Shown one piece after another: positions 55,659 to 64,000 of a DNA stretch of 64,000 nt. The stretch's first letter is position 1; every line of letters begins with the position of its first letter. This stretch comes from an uncultured Verrucomicrobiae bacterium (lineage in GTDB: Bacteria > Verrucomicrobiota > Verrucomicrobiia > Limisphaerales > Palsa-1400). The DNA lies in contig OY969763.1 in the NCBI GenBank assembly GCA_963702845.1, forward strand, positions 5,728,001-5,792,000, written 5' to 3'. Made by a program: the position numbers and the translations under genes. The notes under the pieces were generated by a model. That model was given only the letters and a program-made list of their open reading frames with translations. It had not been told where the DNA came from and did no database searches.

Positions 55659-56366
55659 ATGATCCCGCAAGAGTCCGCGCAATATAAGATTTGGGGTGTC
55701 GACCAGGCCGTTTACGGACCCGTTGAAATATCGACGTTGATTTCGTGGATTCAGGACGACCGCGTCACGGCGGAAACATGGCTTTTCGATGTGCGCAAGG
55801 AAGCGTGGCACAAAGCGTCGGCGTTGCCGGAATTGAAATCCGTCTTGAAGGCTAGCTCCGGCGCGTTAGACACCTCTGCCCCGACTGGCGTTAGTGGACA
55901 GTTCAAGCCGGGAATGTTGCGACGGGTCAAAGTGCTGGCGGATTTGCGCGACGAGCAGCTTGAGCGCTTTGCCAGTTTCATGGTGCTGGAACCGATCCGG
56001 CAATGGACGGAGTTGGTGAGGCAAGGGATGGCTGGTGACACGATGTATTTAATTTTAGACGGTGAATTTCGCGTTCGCCTCATGATCGGCGGCAAGGAAA
56101 CGATTCTGGCGCAGCTTGGCGCGGGGGATTGTTTCGGCGAAATCGCGTTGTTCGACGACGGCACGCGTTCGGCGGATGTGGTGGCGAACAAGGATTGCAC
56201 GGTCCTGAAAATTTCCAAAGAAAGACTGACGCGACTGATCGAGGAAGCGCCGGATTTGGCGGCTCCGTTTTTGTTCGCGATCGGAAAGACGCTGGCGGCG
56301 CGGATTCGCGTCGACAACAAGAAGATCAAGGATTCGGTGACCTTGGCTCGTGGCGGCGCTTACTGA
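55659..56366 (+). CDS. GYF_2 (DUF4339)-like domain fused to a cyclic-nucleotide-binding domain
   Basis: YGPVEISTLISWIQDDRVTAETW..W..AS.LPEL, then QGMAGDTMYLILDG..LGAGDCFGEIALFDDGTRSADV. Confidence 0.8.
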   Translation: MIPQESAQYKIWGVDQAVYGPVEISTLISWIQDDRVTAETWLFDVRKEAWHKASALPELKSVLKASSGALDTSAPTGVSGQFKPGMLRRVKVLADLRDEQLERFASFMVLEPIRQWTELVRQGMAGDTMYLILDGEFRVRLMIGGKETILAQLGAGDCFGEIALFDDGTRSADVVANKDCTVLKISKERLTRLIEEAPDLAAPFLFAIGKTLAARIRVDNKKIKDSVTLARGGAY

Positions 56367-56369
56367 GCC

Positions 56370-59300
56370 TTACCACGTCGGCGAATTTATCCAGGTTGCA
56401 CCTGCGCTGTTGGTGGCTTTTCTAATCACGATTCCTGCGCCCGCTGTGAACACCTGGTCTGCACCAACGTCTGTTGAGCCAGCGCCAACACGTCGCCAGG
56501 CGCTGCTCCAGTAGTAATAGATCGCGGACGAGGATTTGTTTTTCTGCGCGACCGAATTGTCGAAGATTTGCAACTCATCGGTCCGATTGCCGGGAAGGGG
56601 ACTGGCCAAGAACGCGCCGCTGGTAATCAAACCAGAATCGTTGAGCGAGACCGCGACCGGACGAGGCAATGCGACGTAGTTATCCTGTTGCGTAGAGGGC
56701 GAGGCCTGGAGTTGCACTGCGATTTTGGCGGATACGACTGAGCCTAAGACTGTCAGGATTGAGTTGGTGGGAACGTTATGGCGGACAATGAAGAAGGAGT
56801 TTGGAGACAAAATATCGTCGCTGTGACTCGTGCTGCCCTGGCCGACTTGTTTCCAAACGCCCGCATTGAAATAGAGAACTGTCGTCGCGCTCAAGTTGAT
56901 GCCGGTTGTTGTCGTGTCGGGTAAGAGCGCTTCGGTGTAGCGATTTCCGGGCGTGGGCGAAGCAAAAATTCCGGCGCCATTCGGGAAGAGCGTTGCTGGC
57001 GTCCAGTAGGCTTCGATAGTCAGGTTGTCGCCAGTGATAACCGAGCCAAGCGAATCTGTGCCGAGACTCAACGTGAGCGCGTTCGCGCTATTGGTAGTAA
57101 TCGGATAGAATTTTCCGGCGACTGCGCCGGAGGTGAATCGGGCGAAATAAGAATTCGTTTGAACACCCGCGGAATAGACGAATTGGTTCGGAATCCAGTT
57201 GGGCGAGCCGTTGACGGTGACAACATTTCCCGCTACGGAACCGACAGTTTCAGCTATGACACCTGCGCGTGTGTAAGGAACCGAAACAAACGTGTCGGAG
57301 TTGCCTAGGAGTGCCAATTCATTGAAGCCCGCGAACTCGCTGCTTTGTTGCGCGGCGAACAGGCGATAGACGCGTTGTGTACTAATCAGCGCACTGTCCA
57401 ACGTCTTGATGGTTGTGCCGGCCGCTATGCAGTTCGAGAGTGTTGTCCACTGGGCATCGAGCAAAGAGTTTTTGTATTGGAACGCGTAAGTGTTGCCGGG
57501 ATCAGTGGTCCATTGCATCGATATAGTTTGATCGGCATTCGATGTCATGCTGAGCAGGCGCATGGGCGAAATATTAACCGTCAGCACTGCGTCCGCGCTT
57601 GTGGTCGAACCTACGCTATTGCCAACGATTACAGAATAACTGCCGGCATCCGCCGCGGTGACGTTGCTGCGGGTGTAGGTCGAAGCGTTCGCGCCGGAAA
57701 TCGATGTGCCATCGAACCGCCATTGGTAATTGAAAGGTGACGTGCCGATTACAGCTACGGCAAACGCTGCGCTCGATCCGAGGCCGGTTGTCTGGCTCTG
57801 CGGTTGTTGGGTGATTGCAGGATCGCGCACGGTCAGGACGGCATCGCTGCTGGTGACGTAATTGAAATCGTTCATCACAAGGACATGATATGAACCAGCG
57901 TCATTGATTGTAACGCTGCTCAGCGGGAGCGATGAATTGGTTGCATTGGCAACGCTTGTTCCGTTTTTCTGCCATTGATAACGCAGCGTGCTGCTGCTGG
58001 ATGCGTTGACGGTGAAGGTTGCGTTCGCGCCGAAATTGACAGTCGTGCTTTGTGGCTGCGAGCTGATGGAAGGCGCGGTTGCGCCGGATTCAGCACCGGC
58101 GGGTTCAACGCGGAGATTGGCGAACAAGCCGAATTGGTAATTTGTCGCGGCTACGGTCGCAAAAGGATCCATGTAACCGATGAAGACATTATTTCCGGAG
58201 ATTACCGGATTCGTAACTGTTGCAATTCTCACGCCGTCGATCGACCAGATGACGAGGTTGTTTGTTTTCTTCACGATGACTTCATGCCATGCGAATCCAA
58301 GCGAGCCGTTGTTGGCCGTTCCGGTTTGAGTTGATGGGGCAAGCGCTGTTTGCGCGGCTGGAACGGTGTTGCCCGGGAACGCAGTGGTGTAATAGGTGTT
58401 GCCGTGAAAAGTGGCTGGGTTGGCGTTGTTCGGCGCTGCGTAGACGCCGGTGTTCGTTTTAACCAGAGTTGCAGCCGCGCCCGACGTTATGTTCGTAAAC
58501 ATCGCGTAATCGGGATAGACGGAGGTCGCCGCCGCGCCACCGTCCGTGTCGGCCAGCACCCAAACGCCATTAGCGGTATTGCCTGCTTGCGCCCATTCGA
58601 TCCGATCACCGGTTGTACCGATGCCGGCGATAAAGGCTTCGGTCGAACCAGTTCCGCCCGCCGGTTCAGGGCCGTTGCAATTCAGCCAAACGTTGAAACG
58701 TAATTGATAATCGCCAGTGAAGCTCTGGTTTTTCGGTGAAAAACTGATCGAGGCGACCTGTGCCGCGGATAGATTCGCTTCAAGTTTCAAAGCCTTGGTA
58801 CCGCTTGATCCGGCCAATTGCGGGACGCCGACGGTCGAATAATCAAATGCAAATGTGTAACGATTGTCGGTCGCGCTCGAGGAGTTAGTGTTGTAGTTGG
58901 CGAGCGTATTCGCATTAAGCGGGTCGAAGAACCAACCCCCGATTGTGAAATTTGCATTTGCACTCGTGACAGACCCATAGGCGTTCGTCACGACGACCGA
59001 GTAGTAGCCAATGTTCGTGCTTTGCGCATTCGAAATCGTAAACGTCGAACTGGTCGCGCCGGCAATGTCAACGCTATCAAAACGCCATTGATAAGAGAGC
59101 GGCGACGTGCCGAGTGCATTCACATTGAATGTCGCCGTTCCGTCTATCGCAGCGGTTTGCGCTTGCGGTTGGGTCTGGATGGAAGGCGGCGCGTTGACAG
59201 TGAGGATGGCATTGCCGCTGGTGGCGGAACCAACGTTGTTGGTGACAACGACCGAATAGGAAGCAATGTCAGACGAGCTTGCGTTGTTGATTGTGTAACT

Positions 59301-61445
59301 GGTGCCGATCGCGCCACCGATTGGACTGTTGTTCTTGCGCCATTGATAAGCCAGTGGTGCGTCGCCCGATGCACCTATTGTAAATGTTGCGCTGTTGCCG
59401 GCGGAAACCGTTTGCGATTGAGGTTGTGTTGCGATCGACGGCGGCGTGAGCACAACCAGGATGGCGTTTAAACTCGTCGTTGAACCCGACGTGTTGCTGA
59501 TGACAACTGCATAGCTGCCGGCATCTGCTGATTGGACATTGCTGCGGGTGTAAGTGCTGCTGGTCGCGCCGCCGATATTCACGTTGTTCAATCGCCATTG
59601 GTAACTTAATGGCGAAGTCCCACCGGCGTTCACGGTGAAGGGAGCATTGTTACCTGCGAGCAAAGTTTGGCTGGCAGGTTGCGAGGTGACAACTGGAGCG
59701 GTCGCGGCGACGTAGACGCGCACGTTGTCAAAAATGCCATAGTTATCCTGTGGAACTGAGGAAATGGACGCGAACGGATCCATGTAACCGATCATCGCCG
59801 CGCCGCTGGTGTAGGTGGTTGTGTTAGTGCGTTGAGCGACGAGTTGGCCGTTGATTTGGAAATAAATATTCTTGTTGATGTGAGCGAGTTCGCACTTGAT
59901 CCAATGTTTTCCGCTCGCACCTTGCGTTTCGAAGGCGGGCGAGTGGAAAAGAGATTGGAAGAACGGATCCGAATAATGATCACGTGTTGCGCCACTTGCT
60001 GACATGCCACTGTTGGCGAAGCTCAGCAACGTTGGCGCCGCAGCTCCGGCGCCTTGATACGCGCGATAGTCGTCGCCCCCGGTCGCACCATCTCCGGCCC
60101 ACGTGAAGAACAAGCCATCACTAGCGCTGCCACCGGCCCAGTCAACGCGCGTGCCGGTATGGTTCAGGCCGCAACTCGCAAATTCCGTCGAACCGTTGGT
60201 GCCGCCTGGTCCACCCGCGTAATTGACCCAGGCGTCAAACCGCAGGATGTAATCGCCACTAAACGTCAGTCCCTTTGGATATAAACTCAAAGCTGAAGTT
60301 GCGGCGGTTCCGTCGTTTTTATTGCAGGTGACTTTCAGGCCATGCGTGCCGGTTCCGCTCGGGGCAGTCGGTATGAAACTGGTCACGCCATTAGTGACAT
60401 AGGTTTGAGTGCTGTAATCGATCGCCCAGTTGGTTGTGTAATCCGTGGAACTCGTAAACAGGTTCCACCGCGACGCGCTGTTCGTTTCAAAAGTGTCCGA
60501 AAACGATAGCACCCAGGCCGGGCTGACCGTAAGCGTCGCGACACGGCTGGTAATGGAACCCAGCGAATTACTCGCAATCAGGGAGTAACTGCCGACGCTT
60601 GCGGCTTGTGCATTCGTAATCGTGTAAGAGCTGCTCGTTGCGCCGGAAATTGGAGAACCGTTTTTCGTCCATTGCAGGAACATCGTGTTTGATCCTTGAA
60701 CCGTCGCCGTGAATGTCGCGTTGGTTCCGGCATCAACTAGCTGACTGTAAGGCTGCGTCGAAATCGCGGGCGCGCCTGTAAGCAACGCCATGAAATGCGT
60801 CCAATCCCAAAACACGCCGGGGTCGGTGTGATCGTTGCAGGTCGTGTCGATGGTCGGAAAGTTGATCGCCATCCAGTTTGTCCAGGTTGGGTTCTGCCAT
60901 TCATTGTGGCCGATGATGTGATTGCGGTCTTTGGCAATGTTATATTTATTGCAGAGGTAGCGTTGTAGTTTCGACGACGCCAAATACATTTCTTCGGTAT
61001 ACCAGCATGGATTGCTGACGAACCCTTCGTGCTCAGTCCCAAACATCCACGTGTTCCAACAGACGACGTGCCAGGCGTATTTCGATTCGAGCACTGATTG
61101 TGTGATGTCACCTTGTGCGGCGTCGTTCGTCACTTCGGTAGATTCGACATTTCCCTTTGTATCGATTCCGTTTTGCAAGCCGTTCACCAAATAGTAAACG
61201 CTGGCGCTGACGTTGAAAGAGCCGTTGGTGTTCAGGTCGCAGCGGTTGAGATACGAAACTGAAGACTCGTAGTAACCTTCCATGTCGTGAATAACACAGA
61301 ACTTATGACCGTTGCCGCTATTGTAATATTTCGTACAAGCCGCCGGCACCCAATGCGCGAGCGGATAATCCGGCTGCGCAAATGCTCTGGAGGCGAGAGC
61401 GAGAAAAAGTAAACCGAAAACGAAAGTTATGAAACGAGCACGCAC
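56370..61445 (-). CDS. Secreted N-acetylmuramoyl-L-alanine amidase (Amidase_2) with Ig-like repeats, two beta-sandwich repeats and a C-terminal TIGR02597-like domain
   Basis: VIHDMEG, AWHV..GTEHEG, HIIGH..HTDPG; six P.I..QP....YQW..G..I.GA...Y...DAGSY Ig repeats; C-terminal LLGNSDTFVSVPYTR..QDNYVALPRP. Confidence 0.82.
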   Translation of the reverse strand: MRARFITFVFGLLFLALASRAFAQPDYPLAHWVPAACTKYYNSGNGHKFCVIHDMEGYYESSVSYLNRCDLNTNGSFNVSASVYYLVNGLQNGIDTKGNVESTEVTNDAAQGDITQSVLESKYAWHVVCWNTWMFGTEHEGFVSNPCWYTEEMYLASSKLQRYLCNKYNIAKDRNHIIGHNEWQNPTWTNWMAINFPTIDTTCNDHTDPGVFWDWTHFMALLTGAPAISTQPYSQLVDAGTNATFTATVQGSNTMFLQWTKNGSPISGATSSSYTITNAQAASVGSYSLIASNSLGSITSRVATLTVSPAWVLSFSDTFETNSASRWNLFTSSTDYTTNWAIDYSTQTYVTNGVTSFIPTAPSGTGTHGLKVTCNKNDGTAATSALSLYPKGLTFSGDYILRFDAWVNYAGGPGGTNGSTEFASCGLNHTGTRVDWAGGSASDGLFFTWAGDGATGGDDYRAYQGAGAAAPTLLSFANSGMSASGATRDHYSDPFFQSLFHSPAFETQGASGKHWIKCELAHINKNIYFQINGQLVAQRTNTTTYTSGAAMIGYMDPFASISSVPQDNYGIFDNVRVYVAATAPVVTSQPASQTLLAGNNAPFTVNAGGTSPLSYQWRLNNVNIGGATSSTYTRSNVQSADAGSYAVVISNTSGSTTSLNAILVVLTPPSIATQPQSQTVSAGNSATFTIGASGDAPLAYQWRKNNSPIGGAIGTSYTINNASSSDIASYSVVVTNNVGSATSGNAILTVNAPPSIQTQPQAQTAAIDGTATFNVNALGTSPLSYQWRFDSVDIAGATSSTFTISNAQSTNIGYYSVVVTNAYGSVTSANANFTIGGWFFDPLNANTLANYNTNSSSATDNRYTFAFDYSTVGVPQLAGSSGTKALKLEANLSAAQVASISFSPKNQSFTGDYQLRFNVWLNCNGPEPAGGTGSTEAFIAGIGTTGDRIEWAQAGNTANGVWVLADTDGGAAATSVYPDYAMFTNITSGAAATLVKTNTGVYAAPNNANPATFHGNTYYTTAFPGNTVPAAQTALAPSTQTGTANNGSLGFAWHEVIVKKTNNLVIWSIDGVRIATVTNPVISGNNVFIGYMDPFATVAATNYQFGLFANLRVEPAGAESGATAPSISSQPQSTTVNFGANATFTVNASSSSTLRYQWQKNGTSVANATNSSLPLSSVTINDAGSYHVLVMNDFNYVTSSDAVLTVRDPAITQQPQSQTTGLGSSAAFAVAVIGTSPFNYQWRFDGTSISGANASTYTRSNVTAADAGSYSVIVGNSVGSTTSADAVLTVNISPMRLLSMTSNADQTISMQWTTDPGNTYAFQYKNSLLDAQWTTLSNCIAAGTTIKTLDSALISTQRVYRLFAAQQSSEFAGFNELALLGNSDTFVSVPYTRAGVIAETVGSVAGNVVTVNGSPNWIPNQFVYSAGVQTNSYFARFTSGAVAGKFYPITTNSANALTLSLGTDSLGSVITGDNLTIEAYWTPATLFPNGAGIFASPTPGNRYTEALLPDTTTTGINLSATTVLYFNAGVWKQVGQGSTSHSDDILSPNSFFIVRHNVPTNSILTVLGSVVSAKIAVQLQASPSTQQDNYVALPRPVAVSLNDSGLITSGAFLASPLPGNRTDELQIFDNSVAQKNKSSSAIYYYWSSAWRRVGAGSTDVGADQVFTAGAGIVIRKATNSAGATWINSPTW

Positions 61446-61549
61446 GGGATTGGAAAAGATGGTGTTATTGTATCAATAACACACCTTTAACCCAATCAAA
61501 AAAGCGCTGAACGTGATTAGGGAAGTTGCTGATGCGCAACCACCAGCGA

Positions 61550-62338
61550 TTACCTCATAACGCGTCTCAAAGCCGCTACGCGTGCCGGATCGACTAGATT
61601 GTCCAACTTGCCATCGCGTTTGAGTGAGCTGCCCACAATCGCTCCGTTGATGAACGGCAGAAGAGTGTCGGCGTTGTCTTTGTTGAATCCACTGCCAATG
61701 AGAATGGGGGCATCATGAACAGCGCGGCGCACCGTTTGCACGTCATCGAGCGAAGCGGGATGGCCGGTGCCGACGCCTGACACGATCAGGGCGCTGACCG
61801 CGCCGCGTTCCCAGGTGTCGCGCGCGGCGTCTTCGAGTGTCCAATCGCCGAACGGAACGGCGTGTTTAACGTGGACGTCGGTGAGAATCTGCACGCCCGG
61901 ACAAAGTTGTTGGCGCGCGCGGACGGTGTCGTAAGCCTGGCCTTCAATCAATCCCTGGTCGGTGATCATCGCGCCGCTGTGGATGTTGACGCGAATAAAC
62001 GAACCATCACAGGACGCGGCCAAACCGACGGCTGCACGAGCGTCGTTGCGCAAAACATTGTAGCCGATGGGCAACTTCGTCGTGGCGCGCACCGCGGTGC
62101 CAGCTCGAGCCATGGCCGCAATTGTTTCAGGAGCGACCGATTTGCTGGTGAAGGGCGCGTCACCGAAATTCTCGATGACCAACGCGTCGGCCCCGCCTTT
62201 TTCGTAAGCTTTCGTGTCGGCGACCGCGCGGTCGATGATCGCGCCAAAATTGCCGCCGTAGTTCGGCGCGCCGGGCAGGGCAGGGAGGTGAATGACGCCA
62301 ATCAACAGCTTTTTCCGCTTAAAATCCAAGGTCTTCAT
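61550..62338 (-). CDS. btpA: BtpA/SgcQ family protein
   Basis: IGVIHLPALPGAP, IENFGDAPF, GYNVLRND, FIRVN, DQGLIEG, DVHVKH, IVSGVGTG, GSG, IVGSSLK. Confidence 0.9.
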   Translation of the reverse strand: MKTLDFKRKKLLIGVIHLPALPGAPNYGGNFGAIIDRAVADTKAYEKGGADALVIENFGDAPFTSKSVAPETIAAMARAGTAVRATTKLPIGYNVLRNDARAAVGLAASCDGSFIRVNIHSGAMITDQGLIEGQAYDTVRARQQLCPGVQILTDVHVKHAVPFGDWTLEDAARDTWERGAVSALIVSGVGTGHPASLDDVQTVRRAVHDAPILIGSGFNKDNADTLLPFINGAIVGSSLKRDGKLDNLVDPARVAALRRVMR

Positions 62339-62471
62339 TTTGGCGAACTCTACTGCTGCGGAAAGATTAGACGAGCCAAAATCATAGGCCGCGCGAGTGA
62401 GCAAGCGGTTTTTTGCGACGGTAGTTGTAAACCCGCTTGCTCACGCGCGCGGCTCTGTTCATCATCTTTGC

Positions 62472-62948
62472 ATGGAATCCCACGAGTTGTTGCAACAGGT
62501 ATTTCAAAAGACGAGCCCGAAGGAAGCGGCGGCGCAATTAGGATTGTCGCTATCGATGATCTATAAATGGGCCGAACCGAGGGACCAAAAGAGCGGAGCG
62601 GCCAATCCGCTCGACCGCATCGACGCGCTGATCAAGTGCAGCAACGATCCGCGCATCGTGCAATGGATTTGCCAGCGGGCGGGTGGATTTTTCATCAAAA
62701 ATCCGAAAGCGGCTAATGCCCATCCAACGTTTCTCGTGCCTGCGATGAATGAGGTCGTCCAGGAGTTCGCCGATTTGTTGGCGGTCATGGCCAATGCTGC
62801 CACTGACAGCAACATTACTGCGCAAGAAGCCAAAAACATCCGGGCGCGCTGGGAAGAATTGAAATGCGTGACCGAGGGTTTCGTGCAGTGTTGCGAGGAG
62901 GGGAATTTTCGCTCGATGAAAAAAGAGCCGGAGAAAAAATCCGATTAG
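62472..62948 (+). CDS. Phage regulatory CII-like (CP76-type) HTH protein
   Basis: KEAAAQLGLSLSMIYKWAEP..NPLDRI..IVQWICQRAGGFF..D..IT..EA..IR..WE. Confidence 0.65.
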   Translation: MESHELLQQVFQKTSPKEAAAQLGLSLSMIYKWAEPRDQKSGAANPLDRIDALIKCSNDPRIVQWICQRAGGFFIKNPKAANAHPTFLVPAMNEVVQEFADLLAVMANAATDSNITAQEAKNIRARWEELKCVTEGFVQCCEEGNFRSMKKEPEKKSD

Positions 62949-63274
62949 TCGCCGGCCGGAGGCAAATCGCGCCCATCAATTAGATCAACGGAATAGGTTT
63001 CGGGAAGCGTGCCAGAAGGCACGTTGCGTAAAGTCGATGGCTTCAACGTGCTGGCTCTAATTGCATGGGGAACGTCCGATTGCGGAATCGCGGTGCGCTG
63101 ATCAACAATGACCATCGTGGGAGCGGTCGATGCGCCGAGAGGGATGTGGGCCCGGAACGTTTGTGCATGGTGCGGTTGGTTGAGCACACCGATTAAAATG
63201 TAGCACAGGACGAAGCCTCCGATGAATCCGCCCAAAGCCCACTTCAGTTCCTTGCCAACGGCTTTCATAAGCAA
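62945..63274 (-). CDS. Hypothetical protein with N-terminal TM helix
   Basis: KWALGGFIGGFVLCYILIGVL hydrophobic segment; sits between the deiminase and CII-like genes. Confidence 0.5.
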   Translation of the reverse strand: MLMKAVGKELKWALGGFIGGFVLCYILIGVLNQPHHAQTFRAHIPLGASTAPTMVIVDQRTAIPQSDVPHAIRASTLKPSTLRNVPSGTLPETYSVDLIDGRDLPPAGD

Positions 63275-63310
63275 ACTTTTATCCGCACCGATTGCAAAAG
63301 CAATCTTTGG

Positions 63311-64000
63311 TTAAGCCGGTTCCTGCTGCGTAATACAATGGAAAGAGCCGAGGCCCCAGATCAACTCAGTTGAATCCACGCCAATTACTCGTCGGTCCGG
63401 AAATTCATCCTGCAAGATCTGCAACGCAACCTTGTCGTTTTTGTCTCGGTATGTCGGCACGAGGACGATTTTGTTGGCGATGTAGAAGTTCGCGTAGCTG
63501 GCAGGCAATCGTTGTCCTTCGTACTCGATGGCGCGCGGCATCGGCAACGTTACGACGCGATATTTTTTCAGCATTTGCAGGCGCTGAAGATTTTCCTGCA
63601 GCGGCGCGAAGTTTTCATCCTTCGGATCACCTTCAATAACGGTGACGATAGTTTTTGCGTTCACGAACCTCGTCAGGTCATCAATGTGCCCGTCGGTATC
63701 GTCGCCGACAATGCCATCGCCGAGCCAAATGATTTCGTTCACGCCGAGGTAATCGCAGAGATATTTTTCGATCTGCGCCTGCGTCAGCGATGGATTGCGA
63801 TTCGGGTTCAACAGACACGAAATAGTTGTTAATAACGCACCGCGCCCGTTGACCTCGAGCGATCCGCCTTCCATCACAATACCCGGCGAGAAAAGCGGCA
63901 GTCCGCGCAATTTCGCCACGTGTTGTGGAACGGCGTCGTCCAAATCGAACGGCGGATATTTACCGCCCCACGCGTTGTAACCCCAATCAACAATCGCGCG
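63311..64000 (-). CDS. aguA: Agmatine deiminase (PAD_porph family), 3' part; start lies outside the window
   Basis: DWGYNAWGGKYPP at the window end; MEGGSLEVNG, LLNPNRNP, DDTDGHIDD, PASYANFY, GSFHCITQQEP. Confidence 0.92.
   Translation of the reverse strand, partial: RAIVDWGYNAWGGKYPPFDLDDAVPQHVAKLRGLPLFSPGIVMEGGSLEVNGRGALLTTISCLLNPNRNPSLTQAQIEKYLCDYLGVNEIIWLGDGIVGDDTDGHIDDLTRFVNAKTIVTVIEGDPKDENFAPLQENLQRLQMLKKYRVVTLPMPRAIEYEGQRLPASYANFYIANKIVLVPTYRDKNDKVALQILQDEFPDRRVIGVDSTELIWGLGSFHCITQQEPA

Overview
A 64-kb stretch of bacterial chromosome, probably Verrucomicrobiota (Pedosphaera-like). That taxonomy is inferred from a PVC-type heme-binding CxxCH protein, a GloVer tandem-repeat protein and a TIGR02597-like domain. 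Housekeeping genes include smpB, rpoZ, ispA, hppA, ilvD, clpPX, prpD, aroD, a cysteine desulfurase and btpA. Large secreted enzymes include a GH2, an S53 protease, a heparinase-like lyase and an amidase-Ig fusion. There is also a GntR/YtrA-ABC operon, a VapBC pair and a two-component/GGDEF cluster. I found no rRNA, tRNA, CRISPR array, integrase or transposase. The region 32-38 kb has many indels in conserved genes, most likely long-read consensus errors. The most unusual signal is non-coding. Several clusters of short periodic or hairpin mini-repeats occur at 1.4-2.5, 19.6, 24.1-25.3, 28.0, 30.6-30.9 and 48.7-50.4 kb, including a leader-plus-decamer array family and TGTAACG iteron-like cassettes. 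Some are inserted in frame in an orphan DUF3631-like gene. They lie inside local G/T versus C/A strand-skew domains, and the shared motifs point the same way relative to the skew. Other highlights are a stand-alone 80-aa HisKA_3-like (DHp-only) protein next to a NarL-type regulator, and a C-terminal domain shared by three unrelated secreted proteins. All family assignments come from motif recognition by eye; no database search was run.
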